A model generated the notes under the pieces. It was not told where the DNA came from and searched no databases. It saw only the letters and a program-made list of their open reading frames with translations. Both the position numbers and the translations under genes were made by a program. A stretch of DNA of 33,333 nucleotides, from positions 1 to 33,333 of the IMG/VR virus record IMGVR_UViG_3300048854_000042, one strand, 5' to 3'. This document shows, piece by piece, positions 1 to 9,340 of the stretch (its first letter is position 1; each line of letters starts with the position of its first letter). The stretch is from a virus (taxonomy: Duplodnaviria > Caudoviricetes).

Positions 1-883
1 GCGCCTTCTGACGCTGCTTCTTCTGCTCGGTCTCGCCCGCCTGCGCGGCGTTCTGGAACTTCTCGCTGTACTCGGGGTGGTCGGCCAGGATGTCGCCATC
101 AGCGCCGGGGTGCCGCGCCAGTGCCATTGTCTTAGCGATGTCGACCTTGCCGGAGGACAACGCAGCAGTGATCGCGTCAGCGGCGGCCTTGTCGATCTCG
201 TCGTCGTGCAGGCCGTGTAGTGCGGCGGCCTTACGCCACTCGGCTACCTGCTCTGGCGTGGAGATCGTGCCGTTCTGGAGGTTGCCGTTGAGGAGGGAGC
301 CGAAGCCCTCCTCCTGCCGCTTGAAGCTCTCATTGATGGACTGCTTGAGGTAGTTGGCCTTGAGGTTCTTGAAGGACTCCTGAGCGCCGACCATGAAGGT
401 CTTGCGGGATTCCTCGGGGAGGTCCTTGTCCTCAAGCCAGCCGTTGACCTTCGTCTGCAACCACTTGTCGATGTCCTCGCCCGGTTCCAGGCGGGCCAAG
501 TCGGGAGCGATGTCGTTCTCGAACGAGTTGACGGCATTCGCGCCGTCGACCTGCTGGTAGCTCTTACGGAGGTTCTCGCTCGCCCCCTGGAGATCGGGAG
601 CGACGCCAGTGACAGCGGCCTCGTCGGCCTTGGCCTTGCCGTCCTTCTCGTCCTGAATCTTCTGTTCGTGCGCTGCTTTGGCGTCAGCCTCCTTGCGTTC
701 GGAGGCGTCCGCGCGGAGCTGCTGGTTCACGTCGCCCTGAAGACCCTGGAGGGCCGAGGCGACGCCCCACATTGCCCCGCGTGATCGCGGCTGGCTGGCT
801 TGGACGGTGAGGCCGACGCCGCTCCCGCGTGACGGGTCGACGACTGGACGAGCAATAATCTGCTCGGGGGTCGAACGGGGCAT
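1..883 (-). CDS. Internal virion protein (T7 gp15-like position), runs off the left edge
   Basis: Open frame from ATG at 883 (MPRSTPEQIIARPVVD...) with AGGA upstream. Helical, Ala/Glu/Lys-rich; follows the gp14-like gene. Not in the ORF track because there is no stop in the window. Confidence 0.8.
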   Translation of the reverse strand, partial: MPRSTPEQIIARPVVDPSRGSGVGLTVQASQPRSRGAMWGVASALQGLQGDVNQQLRADASERKEADAKAAHEQKIQDEKDGKAKADEAAVTGVAPDLQGASENLRKSYQQVDGANAVNSFENDIAPDLARLEPGEDIDKWLQTKVNGWLEDKDLPEESRKTFMVGAQESFKNLKANYLKQSINESFKRQEEGFGSLLNGNLQNGTISTPEQVAEWRKAAALHGLHDDEIDKAAADAITAALSSGKVDIAKTMALARHPGADGDILADHPEYSEKFQNAAQAGETEQKKQRQKA

Positions 884-904
884 AGTGGGTTCCTGTGGGG
901 TAGG

Positions 905-1327
905 TTACTTGGACGCGGTTCGCGCGCCGGAGTAGGCGCTGGACGCGGACGAGATGAGACTCTGCGTGAGCTGACCGTTGATCTCATCGCCTCGGGCGCG
1001 AGCCTGCTGCGTGGATTCGGCAATGCCGTTCTCGCGGTTCTTCTCGATGCGCGACACGTCGCGGCCGGACTGCATCTGGATGTCGCTGATAACGGCGTCG
1101 GCGGAGTTACCCGTCACACCGGACTCGGCGGACGCAGCGCGTGCCGCAGCACGCTGTTCTCGCGCAGCACGCATTCGATCTTCAGTCTGAGCGGAGGCAG
1201 CTTCGTTAGTCTGCTTCTGCTCCTGCTTCATCTGGTCTTCGACAGCGTGGCGCTGCTGGTTGGCGCTATAGACCGCAGCCGCCGCCGAAGCGACGGCCAA
1301 GATGATGGGGATGGCGACTACGCACAT
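905..1327 (-). CDS. Internal virion protein (T7 gp14-like)
   Basis: MC start, hydrophobic Ala-rich N-terminus, SGVTGNS motif, synteny. Confidence 0.85.
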   Translation of the reverse strand: MCVVAIPIILAVASAAAAVYSANQQRHAVEDQMKQEQKQTNEAASAQTEDRMRAAREQRAAARAASAESGVTGNSADAVISDIQMQSGRDVSRIEKNRENGIAESTQQARARGDEINGQLTQSLISSASSAYSGARTASK

Positions 1328-1779
1328 TTGGGGAATCGACCGAACTCAATGAATTGGTGGTTGTTGAAGTCGTGGAGCTTCATCGGCTCGAAGCCGAGAG
1401 CGGACAGCCAGCGTTGGGCGCGGATGTGCCGGGCGTCCACGAAGTTGAATAGGCACCCGTAGCCGGGCTCGATGTCCGATATCCATTTGCGGGATACCTG
1501 CATGAACTCGCGTTGGACGCCGCCGAACCTTCCAGTGGACAGCATCCAAGGGACGCCGAGAGCAGCGTCCTTCGGGTACGGCCCCACGCCGAACACGCAT
1601 TGCGGCTTGCCGCGCCATGACGCGACGAAGGACTCGTCGCTGTCCTTGATGGATGCCTCGATGGCTTCGCGTGGATCACTCCAACCGGAAGCCTCAAGTT
1701 CTGCCACATCCTCCGCGCACAGGTGGGCGGAGATATAGTCGATATCCGCCGACGTGGGCGTGGAGAAGTGGATCATCAT
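1318..1779 (-). CDS. T7 gp13-like protein (GNAT-like fold)
   Basis: D..E motif, CVFGV, VPWML, FNFVDARH..AQRWLSALGF. Start set at ATG 1779 (TAATG overlap with tail gene stop). Confidence 0.85.
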   Translation of the reverse strand: MMIHFSTPTSADIDYISAHLCAEDVAELEASGWSDPREAIEASIKDSDESFVASWRGKPQCVFGVGPYPKDAALGVPWMLSTGRFGGVQREFMQVSRKWISDIEPGYGCLFNFVDARHIRAQRWLSALGFEPMKLHDFNNHQFIEFGRFPKCA

Positions 1780-3905
1780 TACTGGCGAACCTTTGTGGTG
1801 TAGTTGGCCTCCCACTGGACCGACTGGAACCAAGCGGGGTAGGGAGAGTCGCTGTCGAACGCTACGTTGACCTGATCGGCCTTGGAGGCCACGAGGAACG
1901 TGTGCGAGCCCGAAACGATGTTCGGAGTGTCGAGCACGAACGCCGCGTCCCCTGCGGTGCGGGAGGTGAACGTGTTGGTGAGCTGCGGGACGAGGGTGTC
2001 AATGGACTGATCGCGACCCTTCGGATACACGAGGCACCTGAAGTAGGCAGCGTCGGTGAACCGTACGGTCATCCTCCGGAGCTGGAGTCGACCCACTAGC
2101 TTCGCTGTGTTGTTCTGGTCACGGACGTACTGCTGCGACAGCGTGAGCCGCCGCTTGTAGCGATAGCCGATGACGTACCGACCCTGTGCCTTGTTGCCGG
2201 GTAGCCGGAGCGTCTGCCCGCCGTTGACCAGCGTCGCGCCGGTCAGTTCGAGGTGAGCGCCGGGTGACGGGAAGTCCGTCGTCTTCAGCACAACCAGGCC
2301 GTCCATCGTCGGCAGGGTGAACGGCACCGTGAGGTCCGTGTAGTTGCCGAAGGCGAAGTACGTGGGCATAACCACCTCGCGGCGGTCCAGGCAGATGTCG
2401 AACTTGCTGCTGACGAGCGGGAACACCGGGGAGGTACTCAGGTCCATGACGACCATCTCGACGCCACCGGCCGGGGCCTTAGCGACGATGTAGAGGTCGG
2501 TGCCGATGGCGTTCATGTGCACCACCTTGCCGAGCGTCGTGATTGCCCAGGGCGACCACGCGGACTGCTGCTTCTCATCGCCTACCCAGCGGAACTGGTG
2601 GACGTAGAGCTGTGACCCGGAAGGAGTGTCGTGGGCCAGGAGAACGAGGTCCGCGTCGACCGCCGCAGTCATGCAGCGGGTGGAGCCGGGCACATACGCC
2701 GGAACGTGGGCGGTGACATCGGCGGCAGTCGGGGTTACCTGCTCATCGGACACGAAGTATTCGCGCACTGTGGTGAACATCTTGGCGCTGCTGTCGTCGG
2801 CGAAGAACAGACTGGAGCCAGCCAGCACAGGCTTGATTACCGGATGGACCTGATAGGTCGTCACCGGGTCAATCTGCACGGTCTTCGGTGTAAGCGTCGG
2901 AGCACCCGTGAGCTGGAACAGGGAGTGTGAGCCCGTCGCGAAGACCATGAGGGCCTTCTGGTACGGGACAGCGTGCAGCATCTCCGCTACGCCTGACGTA
3001 GGCGCGTTGACGTCGATGACGTCGGAGTCCAGCAGTGAGGTCACGCTGGTCCGCCAGAAGTTGTAATACTGGCCGACCTCGGACATCACCACGTTCCCGT
3101 TCGACCCTACGATGCCCAGGCGGTCCTTGTGGAAGAACAGGTCACCGATGCGGTGATCGACAAAGGACGGAGGCGGGCTGCTATCGGTGTCGCCTGCAAA
3201 CATCCCCTCCCACGGCAGGGGGCCATAGGAGAAGTAGAAGCCATCAGGATTGATCGAGTCGGGAATTCGCTTCAGGCCGTGGGGCATCGTCGCGGCGTCG
3301 AGGAAGCCTCGGAGGCCGGGCTTCGCCACCTCGCGCCACACCTTCATGCTCTCGTACTGGACGAAGTAGTTGTCGAAGGCGTTGGTGTTGTCGCCGCGAA
3401 TCTCGTAGATCGGCGTGCCGACCATTGCGGTCTTCGGAAGGTCCTGAAACGTCTGAGCGGAACCCGAGACGATGCCGGGCGTGACCTGCCCCGAGAGACG
3501 CACAACCACGTCGCGATTCGCGATGAAGGTGTAGTCGTCGACCGTAACGGCCCGGAGCGACTTCCAGGTTTCGGCGAGGGTGTTGAGGTAACCCATCGAC
3601 CCCTGATCGACGTTTACCTGATACTCGCGCCCCGTCTCGTGGTTGAACACGCGGACTCGGCCAGGGTAGATGCATACGATATAGCGCTCTTTCGAGTCAC
3701 GCATGATGCTGTGGAAGAAGGCCGTGTCGGGAATGTCGGAGCCCAGGACTTGCACGAAGCGCGCGGGGGCACGAGGGCCTGCGCCACGGGACGGGCTGAA
3801 GTTGCAGTTCAGCGCTTCTTCGAGCTGGGACGGTTGGCGAACCGACGCGTCTTGCTGGGAGACCCCGCCGATCATCGACGGGATGGTTCCAGCCTGTAGC
3901 GTCAC
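1779..3905 (-). CDS. Tail tubular protein B / nozzle (T7 gp12-like)
   Basis: GGVSQQ N-terminus, PSFV...FFHKDRL, QSAWS motifs, 708 aa, synteny. Confidence 0.93.
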   Translation of the reverse strand: MTLQAGTIPSMIGGVSQQDASVRQPSQLEEALNCNFSPSRGAGPRAPARFVQVLGSDIPDTAFFHSIMRDSKERYIVCIYPGRVRVFNHETGREYQVNVDQGSMGYLNTLAETWKSLRAVTVDDYTFIANRDVVVRLSGQVTPGIVSGSAQTFQDLPKTAMVGTPIYEIRGDNTNAFDNYFVQYESMKVWREVAKPGLRGFLDAATMPHGLKRIPDSINPDGFYFSYGPLPWEGMFAGDTDSSPPPSFVDHRIGDLFFHKDRLGIVGSNGNVVMSEVGQYYNFWRTSVTSLLDSDVIDVNAPTSGVAEMLHAVPYQKALMVFATGSHSLFQLTGAPTLTPKTVQIDPVTTYQVHPVIKPVLAGSSLFFADDSSAKMFTTVREYFVSDEQVTPTAADVTAHVPAYVPGSTRCMTAAVDADLVLLAHDTPSGSQLYVHQFRWVGDEKQQSAWSPWAITTLGKVVHMNAIGTDLYIVAKAPAGGVEMVVMDLSTSPVFPLVSSKFDICLDRREVVMPTYFAFGNYTDLTVPFTLPTMDGLVVLKTTDFPSPGAHLELTGATLVNGGQTLRLPGNKAQGRYVIGYRYKRRLTLSQQYVRDQNNTAKLVGRLQLRRMTVRFTDAAYFRCLVYPKGRDQSIDTLVPQLTNTFTSRTAGDAAFVLDTPNIVSGSHTFLVASKADQVNVAFDSDSPYPAWFQSVQWEANYTTKVRQ

Positions 3906-4486
3906 CGGGTGAAAATCTCGGAGACGTCGGTGCTGTCATTGAACATGTTGCCTTTCTCCTCGTACAGGCGCTCCTCGAACGCGAGAGCGTCGAAGGCAAG
4001 CTCCTCGTCGTCTTTGGTGAACTTGTAGGAGACATCGCTGCCCATAACGTCCGCCTGGAATTTGGTGGCCGCCTTGACGGTGATGTATCGACGCGCCGCT
4101 TCCGGCAGCGTCTCGAATGCGAACATCCAGACGACCTCGACCACGGGGCCGTTGTCGGTGTCGAAGATGTCGGTGCCATCCGTCGCATTGCGCAGTGCGC
4201 CGCCGCGAGGGACGATACGGCGCTCCTCGGACCGCGAAGGTCGGACAGAGAGCACGTTGGAAGGGAGGACCACGCGGCCATCAGCGGCCGGGGTGAAGTA
4301 GAAGTCGGTGTCCCGGTTGAAGTACCAGCCTCGCGTCTGTACCTCGCGCGTCTTGGACTGAAGCGTCGAGTAGGCGATGGCGGCGTCGGTGAATCCGATG
4401 GTGTCGAGGGAGTTGATGGGCGTCTCGCCGATAGCCTTTAGCATCTCGTTGACGGCCTCCAGCTCAGTAGTGGGCGTGAGTTCCAT
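3902..4486 (-). CDS. Tail tubular protein A (T7 gp11-like)
   Basis: TELEAVNEMLKAIGE, REVQTRGWYFN, LPEAARRYI. GGAG RBS before ATG 4486. Confidence 0.93.
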   Translation of the reverse strand: MELTPTTELEAVNEMLKAIGETPINSLDTIGFTDAAIAYSTLQSKTREVQTRGWYFNRDTDFYFTPAADGRVVLPSNVLSVRPSRSEERRIVPRGGALRNATDGTDIFDTDNGPVVEVVWMFAFETLPEAARRYITVKAATKFQADVMGSDVSYKFTKDDEELAFDALAFEERLYEEKGNMFNDSTDVSEIFTR

Positions 4487-4500
4487 GAATCTCCAGAAGG

Positions 4501-4538
4501 AAAAAAAGCCCGCCACACCGGTTAGGGCGTGACGGGCT
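4501..4538 (-). terminator. Intrinsic terminator after the capsid gene (T-phi equivalent)
   Basis: AGCCCGTCACGCC-loop-GGTGTGGCGGGCT followed by a T run on the minus strand. Confidence 0.85.
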
Positions 4539-4550
4539 CAGGGGTGTTGC

Positions 4551-5507
4551 TTACGGAGCCGGAGCGGCCGAGGCCAGCTCGATAGCACCTGCAACGCGCA
4601 GCGGGTCGTGACCCAGGGCGAACTTCGACAGCATCAGGGTGCCCTGACGACGAGCGTCATAGGCATCTTCCAGAGCGAGGTCGAGCAGCTTCAGGGTGGC
4701 GACGGCCGACTTGTGGAACGCCACGGCGACGGTGCCGCTCGTGTCGATGCGGTACTTGGCCTGGAGGGTCGTGTTGGCCTTGTCGTTCGCACCCGGCATG
4801 TGGTTCGTCTTCAGGAGCTTGATGCGAGCCACGGAGTCGATCACGGCCTGAGCCAGGGAGGCACCAGCGGTCGGGTTGTAGTCGCGGTCGATCAGGTCCT
4901 TGTTCTGCGTGAGCAGATACCACTGCGCCGGACGGAGCGCGCAGATGACGTCCTCCTCCGGAATCTCCTTCTCGTCGAAGGTCTGACGTGCGGCACGGAT
5001 GGCGTTAGCCAGGACCGTGGCGTCGGTCGCCATCTTGGTGTCGACGAGGACGGAGCCGCCCGGCTGACCGGCGACCGGACCTTCGAGCGTACGCGCAGCG
5101 CGGATGGCGCAACGCAGTTCGTTGAGCTGACGACGCTTCGCCAGTTCGAGGCCCTGCTGGCGGGTGTACTCGCTGCGGACGTCGTAGTGGTTCATGGCTT
5201 CGTCGATGTTCGCGATGAACACGTGCGAGATCAGCATCGGGTCGAGACCCACGGTGACTTCGCTGTGCTCGACGTTCAGACCGGTGATCTCGGTGCCCGG
5301 CACGTGGTACTCGCTGCCAATGGTGCCGATGGTCGGGAACGACGCGGACTTGCCGTGCGAGATGTTGCGTTCGGTCACATGACCGGCGAGCTTGTACTCC
5401 TCCTGAAACGACGCGAGCACTTCGCCTGCGTACTGTTCCATGAACAGCGCCTTGTCATCACCGGTGTTCTTCACCTGACCAAGACGGTTCGGATTTGCGT
5501 TCGACAT
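4551..5507 (-). CDS. Major capsid protein (T7 gp10-like)
   Basis: ALFMEQYAGEVL, RNISHGKSASFP, YHVPG, HYDVRSEY, GHDPLR. Confidence 0.96.
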   Translation of the reverse strand: MSNANPNRLGQVKNTGDDKALFMEQYAGEVLASFQEEYKLAGHVTERNISHGKSASFPTIGTIGSEYHVPGTEITGLNVEHSEVTVGLDPMLISHVFIANIDEAMNHYDVRSEYTRQQGLELAKRRQLNELRCAIRAARTLEGPVAGQPGGSVLVDTKMATDATVLANAIRAARQTFDEKEIPEEDVICALRPAQWYLLTQNKDLIDRDYNPTAGASLAQAVIDSVARIKLLKTNHMPGANDKANTTLQAKYRIDTSGTVAVAFHKSAVATLKLLDLALEDAYDARRQGTLMLSKFALGHDPLRVAGAIELASAAPAP

Positions 5508-5584
5508 TTACTTCGTAGGACTTCCTGTGGGGTAGAGGTAGAGAACCCGCGCGTAACCCGTGTGGGTAAGAGGCGCGGGCCGTA

Positions 5585-6352
5585 TTACTTGAACTGCGAG
5601 TTGCGCAGTCGTTCGAGAACCGAATCGCGGAACGCGGGATCGGACTTGTACTTCGGGTTGCGCATGTCGGTGGTCATCTCGGCGCGAGACTTGTAGCCCT
5701 GCGCACCAGCGCCGCCGCCCTGACCAGCGAGCATCTGCTTCGGAGGGGCGCCGCGCTTCGACTCGAAACGAGCCTTCAGGGCCTCGACGGCCAACTGCGC
5801 ACGTGCGACGTCACCGGAGGTAACGGCTTCGTTGAAAGCCTTCTTCTCGGTGTCCGTGTAGGCGTCCTTCGCGAACGTCAGGAGCGAGCTGTAGTTCTCA
5901 GCGGAACCGGCCGTGCCGAACACCGCCGTCTCGTACGCATCGACTTCGGCCTGCTTGCCACGGATGTACGTGTCCACCGCCTCGCGGGGAATGCCCCCAT
6001 CGGCCAGCTTGTTGTACGTCTCGTCGGTGAGCTTGCCGTGCTCGGCGTACTCAGAGTTGAGGCCATCCCAATCCAGTCCGGCTTTGGTTACCGTTTCCTG
6101 AGCCGCAGCGTCGGTCTGGATCTCCAGGCCCGGCTGCTCGCTTTCGGCGGCGGGCTTCGCCTCGGTCGTCGGCTGAGAACCTTCGGTGCCCGCTTCACTC
6201 GTTGCGGAGGCGCCGGACTTCTCGACGAGCGCCGCGTGTGCGGCGATCAGGTCTTCGACGGAGTTGTAGCCGCCAAAGGGCTTCGGAGTGTCCGCCTGCT
6301 CGGTCGACGCCGGAGCGTCCACCGTCATCTGAATCTCGGACTTCTCACTCAT
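5585..6352 (-). CDS. Capsid scaffolding protein (T7 gp9-like)
   Basis: Acidic; C-terminal GYKSRAEMTTDMRNPKYKSDPAFR. ATG 6352 overlaps the upstream stop (ATGA). Confidence 0.92.
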   Translation of the reverse strand: MSEKSEIQMTVDAPASTEQADTPKPFGGYNSVEDLIAAHAALVEKSGASATSEAGTEGSQPTTEAKPAAESEQPGLEIQTDAAAQETVTKAGLDWDGLNSEYAEHGKLTDETYNKLADGGIPREAVDTYIRGKQAEVDAYETAVFGTAGSAENYSSLLTFAKDAYTDTEKKAFNEAVTSGDVARAQLAVEALKARFESKRGAPPKQMLAGQGGGAGAQGYKSRAEMTTDMRNPKYKSDPAFRDSVLERLRNSQFK

Positions 6353-6603
6353 GCGCCGGGAGCCCGTCCGTTGTAACGGGTCAGGCCGTTCACCGTGTCC
6401 TTGTACTTGTCCCACGGGTGCGTCGGCGCCTTGGCGGCCTTCTGTGCCGGGATGGGCTCGACAGGGGCCGTGTCGACCGGCGCGGTGGTTTCGCTTTCGA
6501 CCGTTACGGCAGTGGCCGTGGTCTCGGTGTCACCCGCTACGGCCGTTGCCGTATCGGTCGGGGCAGCGGGGGCCGCCGTGGTCTGCGAAGTAGCCTTAGC
6601 CAC
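6349..6603 (-). CDS. Small Ala/Thr-rich hypothetical protein between portal and scaffold
   Basis: GTG start with AAGGAG RBS; coupled to both neighbours. Confidence 0.75.
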   Translation of the reverse strand: MAKATSQTTAAPAAPTDTATAVAGDTETTATAVTVESETTAPVDTAPVEPIPAQKAAKAPTHPWDKYKDTVNGLTRYNGRAPGA

Positions 6604-8167
6604 TCAGGTCTCCTTGGGGTTGAGCACCAGCCATTGCGGCGGATGCGAGGTTGGGTGCGGCACGGATGGCCGCCTGATGAGTCGTCTGGTCCATCTGCTC
6701 CTGCTGGAGCTGCTCGTCGGACTTGATGAGGCCCTTCATCGACAGGTCGCTTGCGGCGCCCATGCGGGACATCAGCTCGCCTGCGTCGACACGCTGGGCG
6801 AAGACTTCGGGGCCGAGGACCTTCTGCGCTGCGCTCGCCCAATCGGTGAGCTTCTGCATGTCCTGACCACGACCAAGGGCGGCAACGCCCACGACGATGC
6901 GGGGCTTGATGACGTCCTTCGGAAGATCAGGGAGCCGGTGGGCGCGCTGGAGGCGGTCCATGATTCGGCGGACCAGCGGGAGCAGGAGGTCCTGCGCCAG
7001 GATGGAGTAGATGCCACCAAGGACTTCCTCCAGCTCTTGAGCCAGATAGCGGATTTCCTCAGCGGTCACCCGCTCGCCGTTGCGCTGGATCGACGTGCGA
7101 ACGCCGAATGCCATCTCCAGGCGCGTGGTCAGCGTGCTGATGGTGTCGGTGACGAAGCGGAAGTCGGCGTACTTGTCCTGCGATACAGCCTGTAAGTCGG
7201 TCGCGTTGAAGCGGAGAACGTCGCCGGACTCAGCGGACGTGATGTCCTTTGGTCGAGCTTCGGAGTTCGGCTTCAGCGCCCACAGAACCTTTGCGGCCGC
7301 AGCGGCACCCTTTAGCACAGCCTTGCTGAGCTTCTCAAGTGCGTCGAAGTCGCCGAGATAGTCGAAGACGAGACCGGCGCCATAGTCCTCAGCGTCCTCC
7401 TCAGGAATCCGGAGGGGAATCCAGGGGCACGCGTCGATGGGATAGGAACCGTCAGAACCGGGAACGACGACGCCGTTGATCTCCTGATACACCAGCCAGA
7501 GGTCGCCCTCTCGATACACTCGGGTGTATAGGTCCACGTCGGTTGTGGCTTTCTCGTCGCCGCCGCCAGGGTTCTTGTTGTCGAGGCCGACAACCTTCTT
7601 CATCTCGTCCGACAAGGTGGCCGGGGCCACGCTGTCGAGCGTAATCATTTCCAGCACGTTGCCCATGCCATCGCGGTCGACGACGTAGCGAGTGAGCGGG
7701 TACGCCTTCGCATTGCCTTCGTCGGGGATGTAGAGCAGGACGTTGCCGGTAGCCACGAGGTGCTTCAGGCCGAAGCCGAGGCGACCACGCATACCGGAGG
7801 TCTCGATGTCGTTGATGACCGTGCGTTCGATCTCAGCCAGCCCGACTTCGAGTTCGCCCTGCTGGATGCCCGCCTGTTCGGCGAGCTGCTGCGCGTCCAT
7901 GCCATCCGGGGACAGCTTGAAGAAGTTGGCATTGGCCGGGAACAGAGCGAGGAGCAGGCGGCTCGACAGCGAATTGACGCAGCGGGCGCCTGTGCCCTGG
8001 AAGGGGGTGGTGCGGGAAGAACTCGATTTACCCTTCGAGACTTCCTTGTAGAGCGTCGGGAGCGTGAGGTTTGCGCACTGACGCGCACGGCTCTCTGCGG
8101 TGTTTCTATCCGCCTTGAGCTTGTTGTACCTCGTCTCCGCTCCAACGGTGGGAGCCTGAGTCGTCAA
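6596..8167 (-). CDS. Portal / head-tail connector (T7 gp8-like)
   Basis: QGTGARCVNSLSSRLLLALFP, ERVTAEEIR, LGGIYS, ALGRG. TTG start. Confidence 0.96.
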   Translation of the reverse strand: MTTQAPTVGAETRYNKLKADRNTAESRARQCANLTLPTLYKEVSKGKSSSSRTTPFQGTGARCVNSLSSRLLLALFPANANFFKLSPDGMDAQQLAEQAGIQQGELEVGLAEIERTVINDIETSGMRGRLGFGLKHLVATGNVLLYIPDEGNAKAYPLTRYVVDRDGMGNVLEMITLDSVAPATLSDEMKKVVGLDNKNPGGGDEKATTDVDLYTRVYREGDLWLVYQEINGVVVPGSDGSYPIDACPWIPLRIPEEDAEDYGAGLVFDYLGDFDALEKLSKAVLKGAAAAAKVLWALKPNSEARPKDITSAESGDVLRFNATDLQAVSQDKYADFRFVTDTISTLTTRLEMAFGVRTSIQRNGERVTAEEIRYLAQELEEVLGGIYSILAQDLLLPLVRRIMDRLQRAHRLPDLPKDVIKPRIVVGVAALGRGQDMQKLTDWASAAQKVLGPEVFAQRVDAGELMSRMGAASDLSMKGLIKSDEQLQQEQMDQTTHQAAIRAAPNLASAAMAGAQPQGDLSG

Positions 8168-8352
8168 TTAGGGATTACGAGTGCGCTGCCGTAGCCAGTC
8201 GTCGGGACGGACGTACTGTCGTTGAGGTCGATGCGGAGCTTCCTGCGGCCAGTGGAGTTGACCTCCGGGGTCGCGGAGCCCTCACGGGCGGTCATTAGGA
8301 CCGCTGGGGTTTCCTGCGTGTTGTCAGGGACCTTGGGTTTCTTACTGCACAT
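8164..8352 (-). CDS. Small virion/assembly protein (gp6.7/gp7.3-like position)
   Basis: MCSKKPKVP...GRRKLRIDL; GGAGG RBS; directly upstream of the portal. Confidence 0.8.
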   Translation of the reverse strand: MCSKKPKVPDNTQETPAVLMTAREGSATPEVNSTGRRKLRIDLNDSTSVPTTGYGSALVIPN

Positions 8353-8527
8353 GGCGGTCCTCCTGCTCCCGTTCGCGCTTGCGAAGCAGGGCCAGGACCA
8401 GCCGGCGCTCCCCCGTCCGGATCAGGAACTCGTCGCGGTCCTCTGCCGAGTCGAAAATGACCTCGGGGTAGGTGGCGGCCAGGTCGTCGATCAGGTCGTA
8501 GGAGTGGAGAGGGATCGAATCGCTCAG
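8342..8527 (-). CDS. Hypothetical 61-aa protein with probable CTG start, first late gene
   Basis: Frame (M)SDSIPLHSYDLIDDLAATYPEVIFDSAEDRDEFLIRTGERRLVLALLRKREREQEDRHVQ. AAAAGG lies 6 nt before the CTG; no ATG/GTG/TTG near the 5' end. Confidence 0.7.
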   Translation of the reverse strand: MSDSIPLHSYDLIDDLAATYPEVIFDSAEDRDEFLIRTGERRLVLALLRKREREQEDRHVQ

Positions 8528-8596
8528 GGTGGGCCTTTTGGGTTCGGGAGGAACCCTTAGGGTTCCCTAGGGAGTCATAAGGGGGAAACTTCGTTT

Positions 8597-8623
8597 CCCT
8601 CCTATGTTCCGACTTATATCCAC
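8597..8623 (-). promoter_or_regulatory. Putative phage RNAP promoter (late), copy A
   Basis: GTGG-ATATAAGTCGGAACATA-GGAGGG: 17 nt plus purine-rich start, T7-like geometry, upstream of the structural module. Repeated at 20694-20720 and 22947-22973. Confidence 0.75.
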
Positions 8624-8635
8624 GGGTCGCGGACT

Positions 8636-8644
8636 TGGTACATT
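8636..8644 (+). promoter_or_regulatory. Possible extended -10 sigma70 promoter for the HEPN gene
   Basis: TGgTACATT 27 nt before ATG 8672. Confidence 0.4.
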
Positions 8645-8671
8645 AAGCCGACGCCGACAGGGAAAGCGCCC

Positions 8672-9337
8672 ATGAACCGCCTGACTCAACGTTTTGACGA
8701 GCTGCTTCAAGAGATTGACGGGATAATCGCCGGGGCGCAGACAAAGCGCGATCCGCTCAACGCCACTACGGTCGTATTTGTCGATTCGGAGGCTTTTCTT
8801 TCTTGGAAAGTCAAGGCGGCCAACGCGATAGAGAAGGCTGCTGGTCCAGATGCACCACAGTCGCAGAGCTTCGCCGACGCAGGGAAATTCGGATGGGCGG
8901 GCAACAAAAGCGCTGCGGAAAGCCAAAGGGCGGTGGTGCGCGCCGTGAGGGATGACCACGACGGTGGGTTCCTCGTGTCAACACGGGCACTCGCCAGGGC
9001 CGAAGTCTTCGACACTGAGTTGGATCAGGCAAAAGAGCTGCTCAGCCAGGGGTACTCGGTGCCCGCCGCCGTCATCGCCCGAACGGTTCTGGAGACCGCG
9101 ATGCGCGGGCTCTGTGAGCAATACAAGGTCGACCCCGGAAACGGCAAGCTCGACTTTATGAATGCCGAGCTAGTGAAGAAGCAGGTGTATTCCGTCGTGG
9201 TCCAGAAGAACGTGACGTACATGTCGGGCGTGGGCAACAGCGCCGCTCATGGAAAGCACGATCAGTACAAAGCGTCTGACGTCCAAGCCATGATCGACGG
9301 GGTAACTCGGTTCCTCTTGGACTTCCCCACCGCCTAG
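8672..9337 (+). CDS. HEPN/DUF4145-like protein (accessory, antisense to phage genes)
   Basis: AKELL..GY..PAAVIARTVLE and C-terminal GNSAAHG (canonical RNxxxH). Lower GC at the 5' end; opposite strand. Confidence 0.75.
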   Translation: MNRLTQRFDELLQEIDGIIAGAQTKRDPLNATTVVFVDSEAFLSWKVKAANAIEKAAGPDAPQSQSFADAGKFGWAGNKSAAESQRAVVRAVRDDHDGGFLVSTRALARAEVFDTELDQAKELLSQGYSVPAAVIARTVLETAMRGLCEQYKVDPGNGKLDFMNAELVKKQVYSVVVQKNVTYMSGVGNSAAHGKHDQYKASDVQAMIDGVTRFLLDFPTA

Positions 9338-9340
9338 CCC

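Noticed and set aside
4540-4620. gp10B-type frameshift extension of the capsid protein
   Set aside because: No slippery sequence is evident, and a terminator follows within about 15 nt of the stop.
5570-5587. TAATACGG upstream of the capsid gene, resembling the T7 promoter start
   Set aside because: It includes the scaffold stop codon, and the rest matches neither T7 nor this phage's own repeated motif.
8528-8578. Amber read-through of ATG-ACT-CCC-TAG into the 61-aa ORF
   Set aside because: It is in frame, but the intervening DNA is palindromic and non-coding in character, and other genes stop at TAG normally. A CTG start with its own RBS is simpler.
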